Below are positions 26,166 to 27,006 of a DNA stretch of 27,006 bases, piece by piece. Source of the DNA: a virus (lineage: Duplodnaviria; Caudoviricetes); IMG/VR virus record IMGVR_UViG_3300017707_001044, positions 1 to 27,006 of that record; one strand, written 5' to 3'. Within the stretch, counting starts at the first letter, position 1. Every line of letters begins with the position of its first letter. Position numbers and translations under genes: made by a program. The notes beneath the pieces were generated by a model. The model did not search any database. It saw only the letters and a list, made by a program, of their open reading frames with translations, and was not told the DNA's origin.

Positions 26166-26184
26166 AACTGCGCTCGTATGTTAT

Positions 26185-26535
26185 TCATTCCCCACCTCCA
26201 ATACCGTGTACTTTTTCAGCCCATTTAACGCCAGCCTCAAATCCAGCCTCAAGGTAATAATTTATAGTAGTGGCATTCAAAGGTTCTTGTTTAGGCGGTG
26301 TTGTGTATAAAGGTATTACTTCAAACATATCTTTATTATACAAATCTGGAAAAAGACTCACTTGTATCCTATAGCCAGTATCTCTATTAACTATTATCCA
26401 TGCCTCAGGTTGTTGTTCAGGTTGGGCTAGGAGTTTCTTAATTCTTTCTGGTAAATCTCCACAATGCTCAGTGTTAAGACCTAACGGATCAAAATATTCT
26501 AAAACTTCATTTAGTAACTCTCTCTCAATGCTCAT
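26185..26535 (-). CDS. Modular phage protein (Ea22/Eaa-like segments)
   Basis: LAQPEQQPEAW...PLYTTPP signature. Confidence 0.75.
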   Translation of the reverse strand: MSIERELLNEVLEYFDPLGLNTEHCGDLPERIKKLLAQPEQQPEAWIIVNRDTGYRIQVSLFPDLYNKDMFEVIPLYTTPPKQEPLNATTINYYLEAGFEAGVKWAEKVHGIGGGE

Positions 26536-26719
26536 AGTAATTCCCCCTAAAATCTATAAAAAAATCACATTCATGTTGTTTTAATTCTTTTTTAAAATCG
26601 CCATGCCAAAAATAATCTTTTGTATCAATTTCTATACTTAAATATCTGGCGCAGTTGTCTTTCTTATTGCAGTTACTTCCTAAGCAACGTGCGTTTTCAT
26701 TCGGCAATGGATACTTCAT
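26525..26719 (-). CDS. 64-aa Cys-rich (probable Zn-binding) protein
   Basis: CxGxxCxxKxxCxRY...C motif; start reassigned to MKYPL. Confidence 0.7.
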   Translation of the reverse strand: MKYPLPNENARCLGSNCNKKDNCARYLSIEIDTKDYFWHGDFKKELKQHECDFFIDFRGNYYEH

Positions 26720-26972
26720 CTTCACAATATTCTCCAAGTTCAATGTAATCCCCAACATGGGGTGGTGCTTCACCTAATGCTTTACGGTAATAGTCTTGCA
26801 ATGCCATTCCTTCCCAGCCATCATGCCAACCAGTTGGTACAGGTTTAGTTTCTTGTTTTACATTAGATAATGAGCTTACCGCTGTGCCTGTAACTTTTGA
26901 TATACTAGCTAAGGTGTAGCCTCTGCTATAAAGCACTTGCAATATGAGGGCGTAGTCTACATCCCTAACCAT
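26697..26972 (-). CDS. Helix-turn-helix DNA-binding protein (Cro-like)
   Basis: GYTLASISKVTGTAVSSLSNV HTH pattern; start at MVRD or 26987. Confidence 0.65.
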   Translation of the reverse strand: MVRDVDYALILQVLYSRGYTLASISKVTGTAVSSLSNVKQETKPVPTGWHDGWEGMALQDYYRKALGEAPPHVGDYIELGEYCEDEVSIAE

Positions 26973-27006
26973 TGTTAATTCTTCCATCTAACTGTTTACG
27001 TCTTAA

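Overview
The window is about 27 kb of an AT-rich tailed phage genome with podovirus-type organisation (no tape measure or tail tube; probably a Gram-negative host). 1-2930 holds three tandem-repeat arrays, a leftward early operon rich in very small membrane peptides, an origin-like TGTTAG iteron cluster and a putative packaging-signal region. 2930-24162 (+) holds terminase small and large subunits, portal, three head-associated proteins, a zinc-ribbon protein, scaffold, major capsid, a decoration protein, adaptor, nozzle, a GNAT protein, ejection proteins, a tail fibre with S74 chaperone domain, and a lysis cassette containing a Dps/ferritin-like gene. 24119-27006 (-) holds an exported repeat protein, an SNF2 helicase and small genes. 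The most notable observations are: (i) a shared N-terminal motif in three predicted injected proteins, one of them an extra gene between nozzle and GNAT, suggesting a capsid-cargo sorting signal; (ii) oppositely oriented GCAGG-core arrays bracketing the early/origin module; (iii) a probable remnant of an AP2-type homing endonuclease. All family assignments are from motif recognition and synteny, not database searches.
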